Part shown: piece after piece, positions 49,757 through 63,023 of the stretch | How positions within the stretch are numbered: the stretch's first letter is position 1 | Layout: the number at the start of each line of letters is the position of its first letter | Notes under the pieces: model-generated | Databases searched by the model: none | Told to the model about the DNA's origin: nothing | The model's input: the letters and a program-made list of their open reading frames with translations, nothing else | Assembly: GCA_002633005.1 (NCBI GenBank) | Contig: NMRA01000064.1 | Span: 814,360-878,359 of the forward strand | Source of the DNA: Phoronis australis | Lineage: Eukaryota; Animalia; Phoronida | Direction: 5' to 3' | DNA: 64,000 bases | Made by a program: the position numbers and the translations under genes

Positions 49757-52700
49757 GGGGCTATTCGGAAAATCTACAATAACTAGAGGGCGTGCGTGTA
49801 CTAGTGGTGATAGATTAACAGCCTCGATTGCGCGAGCCCTTTAAATACATGGTGAAATGGCTTGCAGCCGTGCCAACTGAATCTGAGATTGTGTAAAAAG
49901 GGTGCTTCTATGAGAGGAAGTAAGCACGACCTCATACAAAGGTAAGGTTTGTGATTATTTTTACGATTATTCCATGATTATTCTACCGATGCCTGTTAAC
50001 TGAGGCACTCGCCGATGTCGACTTCGCGGCAGTCAGTCGCCTGCCAGAGTCTGGTTAATCTTTATATATTGTGATATGTGATACGATACTTGACGTAGCA
50101 ATCGGGATCTTTTCGTACATCTAAGCATTATTATTGTTTGGAATGATTTCTAAGTTTATCAGTGACAGTTACATCAATCAATGCTGAATGTTTATGCTGT
50201 CAACTCGATACAGGTTAATGAGTTAAGATTACAATCCAATCCCAATGGTAAAGGGTACGTGAGCGATAAATATCCATTGCATTAGACTATTGTTTACTCC
50301 CTATAATATGTCTTCTGGCAATCTGTTACACGTTGAAATGGAAATCTATCACGTCAGTTTTCACGTAACCTTTGGTTTTTAGGTTTGAAGGCTTGTACCG
50401 TGCAGAGGAGATATGCTGTTTTGCTACTTGTATCAATTGTAAAACCAGATACATATTACATTTTTCGAATTCACAGTGACTGAATAGTCTTAACTCATGC
50501 CTTGAAATGTTGCAAGTCGTTATAAATTCAAATGACTGCCATTTTTGTGAAAATTGCATTTTTGATGGTGCCTTACGATTTGTAATTACTCTTAAACAAC
50601 AGAAAGATTATCCATCATTTTTAAATGACCCAAGTCTTCATATCTTCTATTAGAAGAAAAACGGTTCCCTCAACCTTAGGCTAGAAGTATGCTTGACAGA
50701 CCCATGAACCTGTAATCTGAGTTTAAAATTGCTGAAAGTATCAAAATTAAAAAGGCTTGAAAATGGGTAACAAAGGTTTGAAGTTGTCTCAAAAAACTTG
50801 TATATTTTACAGACAAGTGATGCCTTTAAAGAATTGTTATGGCTAGGGATAAAAAATAAAGACACAGTTTTATGCAATACTCATTATATACACCCTTGGT
50901 TTCTGAAAATAGTAAATATTTACTTTTATGTGAAACTGTAGACCAATCACCATATATTTTTGAAAAACAGGGATAACATTTTTGATCCAATCTGGAGTAC
51001 TTAATTATTCATATTTCAATATTTGTTCCAGGTTCAGTGACATTTTAAGGCCACTTCAAGCTGTATCATAGACAAGCTTTGTTACTCCGTTCTCTTCCCA
51101 CAGCACTTCCACACACCAGCAGTGCTGCATGGCACAATGTGCAAGTCAGTGGCCCTGGAGAAATGTGAATCGCAGTACTAAGTTACCATAAGACAATGTG
51201 CCAGTGGAGTGTCTGTGTATCCAGACGAACTATATCTGACTGCTACACAAATAAGCCTTGTTGGTGAGGATGCCCTTTCATAGGCAATGAGTCATGTGTG
51301 GACAATAGCTTATTTCCTTTCCTGGAAGAAACATGAGGGACTGAAGCTAAAGAAGACCTAGTCACACTCTGGTCTAGTTCAGAGTCTGATTTTGGGCTCA
51401 AAACGATTCAAGTGATATGCTGCTGTGTTTACCTTCAAGGGTCTAATTGTGGATGTTATTGAGGCTGAATGAGGTTACATGAAAGAAAGCCACGTGTTGA
51501 AACTGGACCTTTTTTACAAGCGCTTCTATAGGCCATTGAAACTAGAACCCAGTGAAATGAAAGCCAAAAGCTGAGTGACATTAAATTTTCCTTTCAGAAG
51601 AAAGGCTTTATACTATTGGTAAAAACTTTTCAATTTGGTACAGATTATGGGGAAATGACATTCAGTGACTGCATCGATTGTCTTATTGTATGTTTTCAAT
51701 TGTAGCTAGCTGCTATGCACAAGATTCGAGAATAAACAATTATCAGTGTATTTAAAAACAAATGGCAAACTGAAAAAGCACAGAAAGAAACATTGCGAGG
51801 GAGTCCATAATCAGGCATATCAGGTGCTGAATTACTGAATTACGTTCAATTCTCTCAGGTTATTGCTGAAGGATTGCTTTTCACTTTGTCCAACGGTGAA
51901 ATAGATGGTCAGGCGGTTGGTTTCAGTTGTTTTTTCTTGCCTGTAACAGAATAGAAATATTAGCAAATTGTAAAAGAAAAGGCAAGACAAAACTACTTTT
52001 GTAAGGCAGAACATACTTGACATTTCATCTTCATGTTTATGTGTAGAAACTAATAACCTTTGTACCCAAGTCTTATTTAATATCTGAATTAAAATATGTG
52101 AAACAGGCTAAAAGTGATTTAACAATGTGTATTTTTCATGACACTTAAAATGTGCTTCTGATCTCAACAAGTAAAATTCATTCTAGGTGTCAATTTTTTT
52201 CCAATGCAATGTTACGACATTTACTGAATTAAGGCTTATTCATGTTAATTCGATAACTGAGCTGGTGGTCCTGGGGGTGGGGTCCACGATAAAATAAGGA
52301 AACTCACTCATCTAGAGAATTTTATTGGAAACAGCATAGTTTTGAAGAGAAACTGCTGTGAAAAAGTCACTCTTGACTTCTGTGCATCACGTACCATACA
52401 CCTCTTATTTTGGGAGCACTCCCACCCAGGACAATATGAATATGTGCTGCTAGCCTACCCGGCATCGGGTGAGTTTCCAAAAAGAAACACTTAGTTCCAC
52501 TCAATAAAACTGTTATTCAGTGGGGTAACTGGTGGGGATAACATCACCGAACGATGTTGATAGAAACTGATTGCTAAAAACTTACCAAGTAATGTTGTGT
52601 AGTCTCCGAATGGAACTGCATAGTCATAGACATAGAGCACACACGGGGCTTCAGCATCCACACACTTTTTGTCAGTTAGTTGACCCTGTTGACCGCAGTT

Positions 52701-52919
52701 GTCCACGAATATAGTAACCTTAGGTCTTTTGGGAATTTGTGGCCACCTGTCGAAGACTTGCACCAGGGAAATTAGCAGTAATAAGGCTTAGCGCGACGAC
52801 GTATTTTGATAAAAATTCCATCTTTTACCAGTTGTTTACATGCAGACAGCCACGCATGCGCAATTTAATCACCACTAGTACAGCAGCGACACCGCGAGGA
52901 GAATTCTTCGAATAGCCCC
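49757..52919. mobile_element. Decayed ISL2EU/PIF-Harbinger-related DNA transposon with AT target duplication
   Basis: TIRs GGGGCTATTCG / CGAATAGCCCC and subterminal inverted gtactagtggtgat / atcaccactagtac. AT flanks both ends. There is a SAP-like relic LRLCKKGASMRGSKHDLIQR with a GT donor at ~49884-49941 (+), and an HTH-like relic at 51832-52023 (-). Confidence 0.7.
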
Positions 52920-53094
52920 ATTAAAAAGTTTCAGTCACTATTTTATTTTAAATTACTGAGCGCGCAATTAAACTGAGTACTTGACACTTGGCAACCAAAA
53001 AGACGCATTTCCGCTAACTTGGCTTTAGCCACGACTGCACTTGATACCAGTTCTTTGTCCAGCTGCAAACTTTCCGTTAAAGTCTTCACGTCAT

Positions 53095-53585
53095 GAGCAA
53101 ATCAGGAGCTCCCTTTGCCTTTGTGTAGACTGTAGTGCCCACATAGACTCAGTTGCATTAGAAGTGGACCCGCGTGGCCAACTCTCTTTATAAGAAGCCC
53201 ATGGAAGTGCCGATGCTCCAAATGCCTTCGGGGCAGACACCCCATACAATGCCTTGCAATGACATAAAATACAGTTTCCCTCACTGTACCTTAAGGGATA
53301 ATCTATTTCACTCAGGCAAGGAAGTAAACAATATTGTGCAACCATAGAGCAATATACCAAACACGTCTACTCTGGCCAAGATGAGTTCACATTCAAAAAC
53401 TGTCTCACACATATTACAGGTACGCTGTACATTCTCTGCCGCACTTCTTGTGCAGCTTCCCACTTTGATAAAGAACTTCACGTGAGCATTTTCGTGGAGA
53501 ATACCTTTTGAAACTGTACACTACAGCAGCTATATTTCCATGAACAGGAAGTTCTACTACTGCAGCGCCACATGTTGGCACTTGC
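53095..53585 (-). pseudogene. Decayed coding-like exon, copy 2 of the tandem duplication
   Basis: QVPTCGAAVVELPVHGNIAAVVYSFKRYSP here versus QVTPCGATVVELPVHENMTAVVCSFKRYSP in copy 1. Confidence 0.45.
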
Positions 53586-56382
53586 TGAAATTTACCCTCA
53601 ACATTAAAAGTCTGGTGAAACTCTGATAATTATAACCAAAGGATCTTTGAGCAGAAAATTTGTAAACAAGTAAATTCTGCACGCTAAATAATGTTTCAAT
53701 TAAAATCTTTCATCCACTGTTTGAATTTTATATTACTGAGCAATTGCAACAAGTACTTGACACTTGACAACCAAAAATGCGCTTTTTCAGTTGAATTTCT
53801 TTGTATGAAATCAAAGGAAAACCAGACTTTTAAGATTTATTGTTTTTATTTTTTATTCATCGTCTATAAATTTCAAGAGTCATATAATTACAACTTGCTG
53901 TATTCTTAACAATAAGTTGGTTTGAGTTTAATGGGTAATTGAATTAGGTGTTACGAAAAAACGAGTGTCCCCACGAAGGGAGGTAATTTCATTTCCGTGC
54001 AAAGTATATTTATGAATTGGAGAATGTATATTATACATCCCTACACAGCATCAAATATCAGTCCCTACTCAACACGGATTAGTCCTGTTATCAAAATAGG
54101 TAATTTTTAAACAGAAATATTTGCATGTTTCAAGAAAACATTTCAGGGGGTATAATAAATAGACGAAGAGGTCAATGAGTGTATTATGGTGGTTGGCGTC
54201 GCTTCAGGTGGATATCAATGCCTTGGTAAATTTTCAGCCAATTCTGTGACAGTCTTGACGACATGCTTTTCAACTTCGGTGAACTCATGCAAGTTAACAA
54301 GTCAATTAAAAGCATTTCATGCAAAATCACCCAATCGCTTAATCAGATTTTAAAGGACGATTGGCACAGCAAAGTAAGTGTCAATCACAAAGTTAAAGGT
54401 GCATTTTCGTCTGAAGTCTCGAATATTCATCGAACCTGTAATAAACACAGTATTTAATCAGTTCACTTCAAACTATTTGAAACATTTAAGTTGTGATTAC
54501 TTTACACATAGAAAATAGCCAAAATAGATGGGCTTCTTTGGTACCCGTAGATGACCGGCTTCGATAACTCTTTGAACGGTGCTAGACAATCGACCTTTCA
54601 GTCTTTGATGTGAGACAACTAAGAGCATGCACATGATTGATAGTTGTATTTAGCCTCGATTTGGAAACCGCTGTCGTTTGGAGTTGAAAACAAACGAGAC
54701 GTGTTCGTAATTTTAATAATTCCAAATAGCACACTGCTCTTTATCACAAACATTATCATCACCGCCATAAAAGCTACCACCATCATCGTTACCATCATGC
54801 GCAGAGTTGTACTGCCCTCATTGGTAGTAACCTTCTACCTTGTAAAGCTAGCAGTTCTATTCGCCTGTACTTGTGTATAATCAGTTTGACTCATCATAGG
54901 TTGCAGCGTAGTATTGTTGTGCAATGCGTCCGCTAGTTTGGTTCATTGTCAACTTTTTATCCGATAAGACTGATCAACGTTGCACCGATCTATTGTGTCC
55001 ATTTTATACTACATTATGTCCGCTCATTTCGACCCATTATGTCCAATTTAGCCAATTTTATTGGCGCAGGAAACATTTGATGGTTGCACGGGGATGTGTC
55101 GAAATTAATAACTAATTGTTAATTTATCGATACTCATCAACACCAGGAATATTTGGGGAGCAGAAACCTATTTTCCCCAAAAAATTTATTGCCCCCCCCC
55201 TCCTCTCCTGCTCCCCGCTTACATGTACTACTCTACGCAGTTATGTCTATTTTGACCCATTATGTCCATCTGGAACCATGTTCCCTTTGAATCCTTTTAT
55301 CCACACATTCTCCGGACCGCTTATAGTCCATCGACCCAAAAATGGACATATCAAATCAACCCCGTTTTATCAAAGATGCTCGAGATAAAACATAGTTAAA
55401 ACCGAGGTATTTCAAAAAAGTAGTTTGACCACTGTGGGTTTGGGTTAAATACTTTAAAAAAGGAATTTAAATCAGAAAGATCTAAATACTGTAGACTGGT
55501 CGAATTACCATCTGAAACCATAAATCAGGTTAGTAACATTCGACGTGGTCATGTTTAACACTTGCATGTCACTAACTGTGACAACAGGTCGGGTTTCGAG
55601 ACCCAATACGTCGCCCTAATCAAAAATGCTTTATAAATACGGACATGGGTAGGAGTCCCGACACGTGTCCGCTTTATGATGTCAAAATAAGCATGGCTAG
55701 TGGTTAGGTTAGAACGGAATGGGTTGGGGTTTCAGTGCTCTAACCCAATGTTAGCCGGGGAGAAAGCGTTTGAAAAACTTTTGACAACTGTTGAGCAGAT
55801 GAGCATCTTTAGTCGTTCAAAAGTGTTTCGACTGAAACTATCTTGAGAAAATTTTTCGCGAAGGGACGCAGAAGTTTTTTCCGACATGTAACTCAGTCGC
55901 GTGCATTGAGAATGCCAACAACTATTACCGTAACATAATGGAAATAGTTTTTAAACTGAGTTTCTGAAAAAAATAATTAGTACGTACTTAGTGCTGTAAA
56001 ACTGGCTTCAACTTAAAATGGTTTCTTATAGAGATGAGATGAATTCAGGACTTACAAACTAAGAACTAGATGTTCGTTATTGCTTGCCTCGGGCCATCAC
56101 CCACGGAGCACTGCCGCTGTCAGGCCAACATCTGAGCCTGCTTCCAAGCACTATAACGACATCTCCTAGTCAATTCTTCCAAGTTTTAGAATCCCTGCAT
56201 ATCAGACCAATAGCCATCGCCGGTCTATACATGAAGTCTCTTTATGGAAGATTAGTTTTTATCGTGATTGATTTGAACGTACCAGAGGTTAAGTTGGCAT
56301 GGTGTATATCGATGACAAATAACCTAGCTCTATTTCCGCCTTGGGATATAGCCCACTCATTTCAGTGCTGCACGCTCATAGA

Positions 56383-56454
56383 CATGGGCGGCGCGCCATA
56401 TAGGGGGCTGAGGGACTATAGCCCCCTACTTATTTCAGTGCTGCGCCGCCCACG
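56383..56454. mobile_element. Short CATGGGCGG-ended MITE
   Basis: catgggcggcgc ... gcgccgcccacg; same family as 30931-31057. Confidence 0.55.
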
Positions 56455-57471
56455 CTTGAGCACATATAAAATTTGATGTGAGTTTAAGGGCTTGAGTGGC
56501 AATTGATTGTTGCTGTTTGAGGCTAAATGCTAGCCCTACAAGTCGGCTGGTCACAGCATGTCATTTCAAATGACCGAATATTGCATCAACGAATAAATTA
56601 TTCCTAACCCAGAAATCACTTATGATCTTCGTAAGAAATCGAGACCGAGTTTGCAGAGCTTCGAAATCTAGTCAAAATAGAAGTTCGTTTGATGAACAGA
56701 ACACGGAAAAGTTATACACGCTTTAAAAGTCCGTTTCAGCACCCTGGATCAAAAGGGAATTAATTGCCGTTTTTAACAAGCAAGTTCTGGCCTGCTCAAA
56801 CGATATGCCTGGGTAAATATTGCAAAGTATTTAGACGCCTCTGGTGAAATGAAAACCTGCTGGACATTAGGCCTACGGTCTATAACAGGTGGTCAGGTGT
56901 TGAGTACAGGAAATATACCAACGGTTAAAACACCTTTGACTGAGAAATACAAATTATTTCTTAACATAGACTCGTGGATCAAGGCACCCGCGGAAAGAGT
57001 ATAACGGATAGAAAAGATACATCGAACACAGAAAAAGCCAAAATTGTAAAAGAGCACAATGAGTTCAGGTTATGTACAAAAATGAGCGTTAACACCAACA
57101 TGTCCGGTTGGTGTGCTCATATACGAATACCTGTAACTTTGAACGGCAAGCAAATCCAAAAGTAAAACCAGAATTCCATTCAATACAGGTCAGCGAAATC
57201 AACAGCACACTGCTCGCGCAGCAGTCCCAGAGTTAGCAGTGTTACCGGCGCGCAATAGGATTGGGGTGTAATTACGAGCGAGTCACGCTTTACAAAATCG
57301 ATGAAACTTTTAAGTCAGTACACCTGTTACTGTCCTAAATATATGGCTTTGAAACATAAGCGGTATAATCCTAAAAACATGTTGACATCTGAATCAATAA
57401 AACGTGCTAAGCTTGATGACTATGCCGACGTGGAGTGCTTATGGTTGGTTCGAATGAAAACAACTTGAAAT

Positions 57472-57741
57472 CATGATAGCGCTCACCCGGGGAGGCGTGG
57501 CTCGGCCGGGGGGCTCGAATGAGCCCTCTCGTTCGGCGACGTGGGCAAAAAGATCCGCCTCGGAGAAATAAAAACTACGAAACAAATAGAAAATGAGACA
57601 AAAGTCGACTAAAAAAGCAGGAGCTACCAAAATGCGGCGAATGCACAATTCATAGCTCTGAAAGTACCCAGTGAATTTTAGTAAAACGTCCACATTTTCA
57701 AAAATTCGAGCCCTCCATTTTTTAGGCTGGATGCGTGCATG
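57472..57741. mobile_element. MITE related to 11145-11360
   Basis: ttcaaaaattcgagccctcc...aggctggatgcgtgcatg is the reverse complement of the 11145 element's left part. Confidence 0.5.
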
Positions 57742-59204
57742 GAAATTACATAAAAATCACCGTTTAGAATAAAAAGCAAAAATTTAGTAGTGCAGCAGAA
57801 CTTCTTAAGTTAAAAAATCGCACATAAAGTAAGAATCATATTTTTCATCTGCTGAGTGGACAGTCTTAAAAATCGACAAAGGTGCCACCAAAACTAAAAC
57901 CCAGATGTAATGATTGTGTACTTATTATTATTTTTCACAAAACCATAGCACCAACCATACACAATATACAAAAACTTTAAAAGGCACTTACTTCACATAC
58001 ATTACTATCACAGAAACGCCAACCTCTGACAATGCAGTAAGGAAGTGGGGCTCGTGTCAAATAGCTAACTTCAGTCAATCAATCACTACTCTACAAAACT
58101 GGATGATTTCCTATTGCTCTAAGTATTGTAGTTCCCCTATATATGTTTGTTAAAATGCAAATTAACCATGCTACGCTAAATGAACACAAGAGCTGGATTA
58201 GAACTGGTGAATGCACGACAGAAACACATTTCCACACCACGGACAACAAATACATCAATGTATCTAAGGACGTTCCCCCCCCCTGTCTGTAGCACCGAAT
58301 TAACAATCTGCCCATAAAAATTAAACTAGGCCAAGAAAACAGTACTCTTCTCATCCAGGATCACCTTAATGCAACCAGAGACTAGATACACTGGAGACAT
58401 ACACAGATGGAAAGGTTAATATCATGAAGTAATGGCTAACAAATATTCAGTGTCCTCGGTGTCAACGCTAAACTGACTAAGAGACACCCACACTACCGCC
58501 AGTCATGGTAGTGTTCACATCTCAACATCACCATGAAGCCTGATGGCACATACCTGCTTAACAACGCCATGCCACCAGATGCGGATACCCAATACTTCAA
58601 TATGCAAATCAAATGAGCTACAGGGCAATGACAGCAAACGTTCATAGTATAGATGACTGTTTACTCAGGAGAGTGGCATTTGATAAGAGATGTATTTAGC
58701 ATTTAACTAAGACAACTGAACTCCTAAAATTGTGTCATGTATTATCTCAACACTGCTAACATCCAGACCACTAATTTAGAGACATAAAACAACAATATTT
58801 CAAAACAATTGAAATTTCACCTTTAAATCACACACAATCACTATTATATGAAACAATCAACATGAAAAAACGGGTATCAAAAATGGTGGGATAGGTATGA
58901 GGTAGAAATAACATTAGTTAACATGCAGTTATAACCTAAAACAATTGCTTTGAAGACGAATGATGTCACTTGCTTAGAAATGCATGGCTCATGTACAAGA
59001 AACTAACATTTAAAGGCTTACATGAAGACCGATGGAGCACCAAGTCAAATGAACACATTTTTTCATTTTAAATCCATGGCAAATCAAAAAATAATTGCAG
59101 GCAGTCTGGTACATCAGTCGGACCAGACGTCCCAGGCTGCTAAGGTGCGCCCATTGCACTGATCACCTGGAACCACTTTTATGATTTATTGATATGTAGT
59201 TAAA

Positions 59205-59322
59205 ACCGAGCTGAGGAGCTAGAGACCCGACTCAAGGGACTCGTAGTGTGCCCCGGTGGGAATCAAACCCACGACCTTGAGTTAGGAAGCAAACATTTAT
59301 GCCACTAAGCCAAGCTGTCTCC
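59205..59322 (-). mobile_element. tRNA-derived SINE head (Arg-CCT-like)
   Basis: Reverse complement has A box TGGCTTAGTGG, loop CTTCCTAAC and B box GGTTTGATTCC, followed by a non-tRNA body. The stems are imperfect. Confidence 0.65.
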
Positions 59323-59684
59323 TCTCAATGACCAAAGCGGTCGGTAAATTTCACATTTAAAATGTGTGTTAACATATCTTCGAAATTGAAGTCTGACAAA
59401 TGCAGCTATTTTCAAAAAGGTAAATCTAACGGTTCACAAAAGCAAAAAATCTCAAGGACACTAAGGCTCACAAGTCTACGAAAAGAAAGGTATTGGAACG
59501 TCCATAGATTCGTACATCCAAAGGTTTTGAAGTCCAAAGATTCTGAAATCCGAATGTCCAAAGTTGTGAACAGCAGAGCAGCAAAAATATATCGGTGGGC
59601 ATTGAGAATTGAAAGACTTCAATCACTGCGACAACTAAAGCTCAGTGCATATTGTCAGACATCACTTGGAAACAAAACATTTTA

Positions 59685-60116
59685 GTCTGGTCTGCACGCC
59701 ACCTATTGGCCACATCACATGACCTAATGAATATAATCCTGAAAGATTTCTGCCCCGGATGGGACTCGAACATGGTACCTTCTGCTGATTGTGAAGACAC
59801 TCCAGTTCACCGAGCCATCGAGACCACTGGTCAAACACAGATTTACATATACATGTATATGTACATAAACATAGTGCATTATATATGTACATATCTACGA
59901 ACATATATATGTACATATATATGTGCATATATATATATGTAAACTCAGAAGTTCAAGGGGAGGATGGCCACTACTAAGTCTGATTGGATTTCTGTGTTCA
60001 TGCAGTGGTCCCGATGGCTCCGTGAACTAAAGTTTCTATCCGGTTAGCAGAAATCTTTTCGGACTTATATTCATAAGGTCACGTGATGAGGCCAACAGGT
60101 GGCATGCAGACCAGAC
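59685..60116. mobile_element. Inverted pair of tRNA-like units (59685-59829 and 60003-60116) around a (TA/CA)n microsatellite
   Basis: gtctggtctgcacgccacctattggcc...gaccactg is inverted to cagtggtc...ggccaacaggtggcatgcagaccagac. The left arm has A-box and B-box-like motifs on the minus strand. Confidence 0.7.
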
Positions 60117-60856
60117 ACATTCATCTCATTCAGATGCTTTTGCTTGTCGTATGTGTTTTAGACAGGCCTAGCAAACCTGAGACTGCACACCTTAGGACTT
60201 GTGTACCTTCAGATTATTGGCTCAGACCCAGAAAATATGATGAACCTCCGAACAAGGTGCATCATTTAACTCTTTTGGTGCTCCATTAAACCATTACGAG
60301 AACACTGACACCTTTTGGAGCATATGAATAACCTGTGGCTCTAGTTTTCTCCCCTGATAACAGTCATACGGTGAACAAACAGGCAACATGGGATACTTCT
60401 GAGAAAGACCACCCATGACAATTGCTGACTTCAATTTACTCTCACAAACATCACTTTTCCAGTGCATTGACTTCACCAAGTCACGACTTTGATATAACTA
60501 TTGCAGTTGTGAAGAGTTGAACTGGTGAAAGTAGAGCAAGAGCAAGATTTTTAACAGTTCAGCCACTGACATTCACAACATTCTGCTCTGCCCTCACAAT
60601 ATATTGCACATAAGCTAGTAATGTAATCAGTAACCTTAGAAGCCAGAGAATGTAGAAATAAACTCTCTGACCATGCACATCAAACATGGCCACCCCATAT
60701 CTTTCACAAGTTAAACTAACAGCAGGTCAGTTGGGAAAAACAAAATAAAAATCTCTCATCACCCACGTAAGTTCCAGAACATTAAATACCAAAATGCTCC
60801 ACAATACAGCAGTAAATATTGGCTAAAATAAACCCTAAAATCCTGATATGCTTCTA

Positions 60857-61522
60857 TTACCTAATTCTACCCGTTTTGCCATCAATTTGACCAAGTTTGG
60901 CTTTTGGGTCAGGAGAAAATGAGCTCCAGTTTGTTTTCTCACACCGTGGAATATTGCCACATGGTAACGTTTCTTCCCCGACGAGACAAAACTGTTGTGG
61001 TTTCCAAAACTCTGTCATCAACTGGTCAATCCACGCATGTAATTTACTTCCTGTGTACTTGGCTTTTTGCTTATCCAATTCACGTTCTTCTTGAGAGAAT
61101 GGCGTCATCCTGATAATGTCTTGATGTTTGGGGAAATTGTCATTCATATACGTCTGTTGCGGTGGTGTGTGAAGCTCGACTGCAACTTCTTCACTAATGC
61201 TTTGTCTATTCATGTGTGACAAAGGCATGACCAGAAACCGTGTTGATCCAATGATATCTTTAGAATGGAGCAACAGCACAGTCCAAACACCTGGCTGCAG
61301 GGGTGTGAAGAAGGACGGTTTCTGATTCCCTACCCATTCGCCCTCCGGAACATCCGCTTGGAAGACTCCAGCAACAACACGTTGGGGATCGACCCACACT
61401 ATCTTCACAGTCACCTTCTCACCCGCACCCCATTCATGCCTCAGAACGAGCAAACTGTTGGGGCCAATCAGACGACCAAAGTTCCTAAACATCAACTCTT
61501 TAGGATCATAATCTGTTCCTAC
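60857..61522 (-). CDS. XYLT: Peptide O-xylosyltransferase, last exon
   Basis: VGTDYDPKELMFRNFG..IGP, PLQPGVW.V, FLVMPL and C..TNWSSFSPDPK...GRIR* are typical XYLT/oxt C-terminal motifs. ttttCAG acceptor. Confidence 0.95.
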   Translation of the reverse strand, partial: VGTDYDPKELMFRNFGRLIGPNSLLVLRHEWGAGEKVTVKIVWVDPQRVVAGVFQADVPEGEWVGNQKPSFFTPLQPGVWTVLLLHSKDIIGSTRFLVMPLSHMNRQSISEEVAVELHTPPQQTYMNDNFPKHQDIIRMTPFSQEERELDKQKAKYTGSKLHAWIDQLMTEFWKPQQFCLVGEETLPCGNIPRCEKTNWSSFSPDPKAKLGQIDGKTGRIR

Positions 61523-61940
61523 CTGAAAAGGAAATTGAGAAAAATAGTAGAATTTTAAAATTAAACACTCAGTCATGTTTAAACGCATTTTATAAAACTA
61601 ACAATTAAAATGCCTGAAAAGCAACAGAACCATCTCCAGAAAGAATGAATAACTACTTGAACATGTTTGCTGCAAAACAATTGGGGACTAATTTGTGGTG
61701 AGAACACGTAGTTTTTAATGGATTCTACTCACAATTTTTGGAAATTAAAAACAAAATCAAGAGTATTAGAAGTATGGTATCTCTTTCTGAAATAAGGAAA
61801 CTCCATTCCAAGACTGAAGTGTGAACTCTAACCGAAAACTAGGGTCTCTATCTCCATTAAATGGTGCTTCCAAAAATACAATAGAAAGGTTCAACAGAAT
61901 AATTAATTTCAAAATTTCACAATCAAAAAGCGAAACTCAC

Positions 61941-62275
61941 TTGAAGAGACTTTAACCTTGTTGTAGAACCAACAGCGCCACCTAGCACCTGAGTCCAGAC
62001 TGGAGACACAAAGCTCTCCATGACATACATGGAACCATCAGAATTCAACGATCGATGATTCACCAAAATTCCCTTGAACTGATCGTCGAAGAAGAAGAGA
62101 TGAACGCGCAAGATTTTCCTGGGCTCAAACTGACACTGTTTCAATGCCTCATTGTGTGACTTGACTGAGAGACGACTCAGCGAGAAGTAAGCGGAATAAT
62201 AGACGTCACTTACTGGTGTGTAAAGGTCGACATGGTCATACTCACTCTGCCAGTAAGAATTCAAGCCAGGGGTAC
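61941..62275 (-). CDS. XYLT: Peptide O-xylosyltransferase, penultimate exon
   Basis: GTPGLNSYWQSEYDH...HLFFFDDQFKGILV...RLKSLQ. ttcTAG acceptor, GTGAGT donor, phase 1-0. Confidence 0.93.
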
Positions 62276-62917
62276 CTAGAATAAGTAAGAGTTGTTACCT
62301 AGACCTGCACAGTTACGTCTCCAGGTATTGGTACTGCTGAGGAAGGTCTGATTTTTTGTACACTATCATTAAAATTATAAATTCTTAATTCAAAAAAAAT
62401 CCTCAATATTTCATTCTTTTCTACTTTGTACAACAAGAACCTACAGCAGTAGCAGGCATACAAATAAGTGAAAAACACTGTTTGAAGCAACACTGTTTTG
62501 TCAGGTAAACCTTTTTCCAATTTCTCTAACAGTGAATTACATTGTGAATTACAAATTTCAGTGGAATATAAGCAAGGAAAACACCTGAATCGCGGACACA
62601 ACAGTTAAACTTCACTCCTGTACCAGAACTGCCAAGGCTTAGCCAGCCGCAACTCACGTGAAACACAATAATAATTTCTCTAACAACAGCAAGTTTACAA
62701 AGACCACGTGACCCATAGAGTTACAAAATAACAAAAAGTAAGAGATACAACAGCCAAGGGTGGTCAACCACTGCCAAAATTCTAATTCTAATGAAGTGAA
62801 GTTCGTTAGATTCCTGTATTATTCAATTTCAATCTTGGCAATTTTGGCTTGACCAGTTTATTGCTGTACGTAGCTTTATGATATAAGTTCACATGATGAG
62901 TGAAAACAAATACAAAC

Positions 62918-63023
62918 CTTTTGGATAATCCCCAAACAGCCACTGCTCTACCATGGTGACTATGGAGTTACTGATCACTGCTTCAAACTTCCGTGCAAAA
63001 TACACAGGCTTGGTCAATGTATC
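62918..63023 (-). CDS. XYLT: Peptide O-xylosyltransferase exon (DTLTKPVYFARKFEAVISNSIVTMVEQWLFGDYPK); upstream exons lie beyond the window
   Basis: GT14 FARKFE motif. tttCAG acceptor, GTTTGT donor, phase 0-1. Confidence 0.93.
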
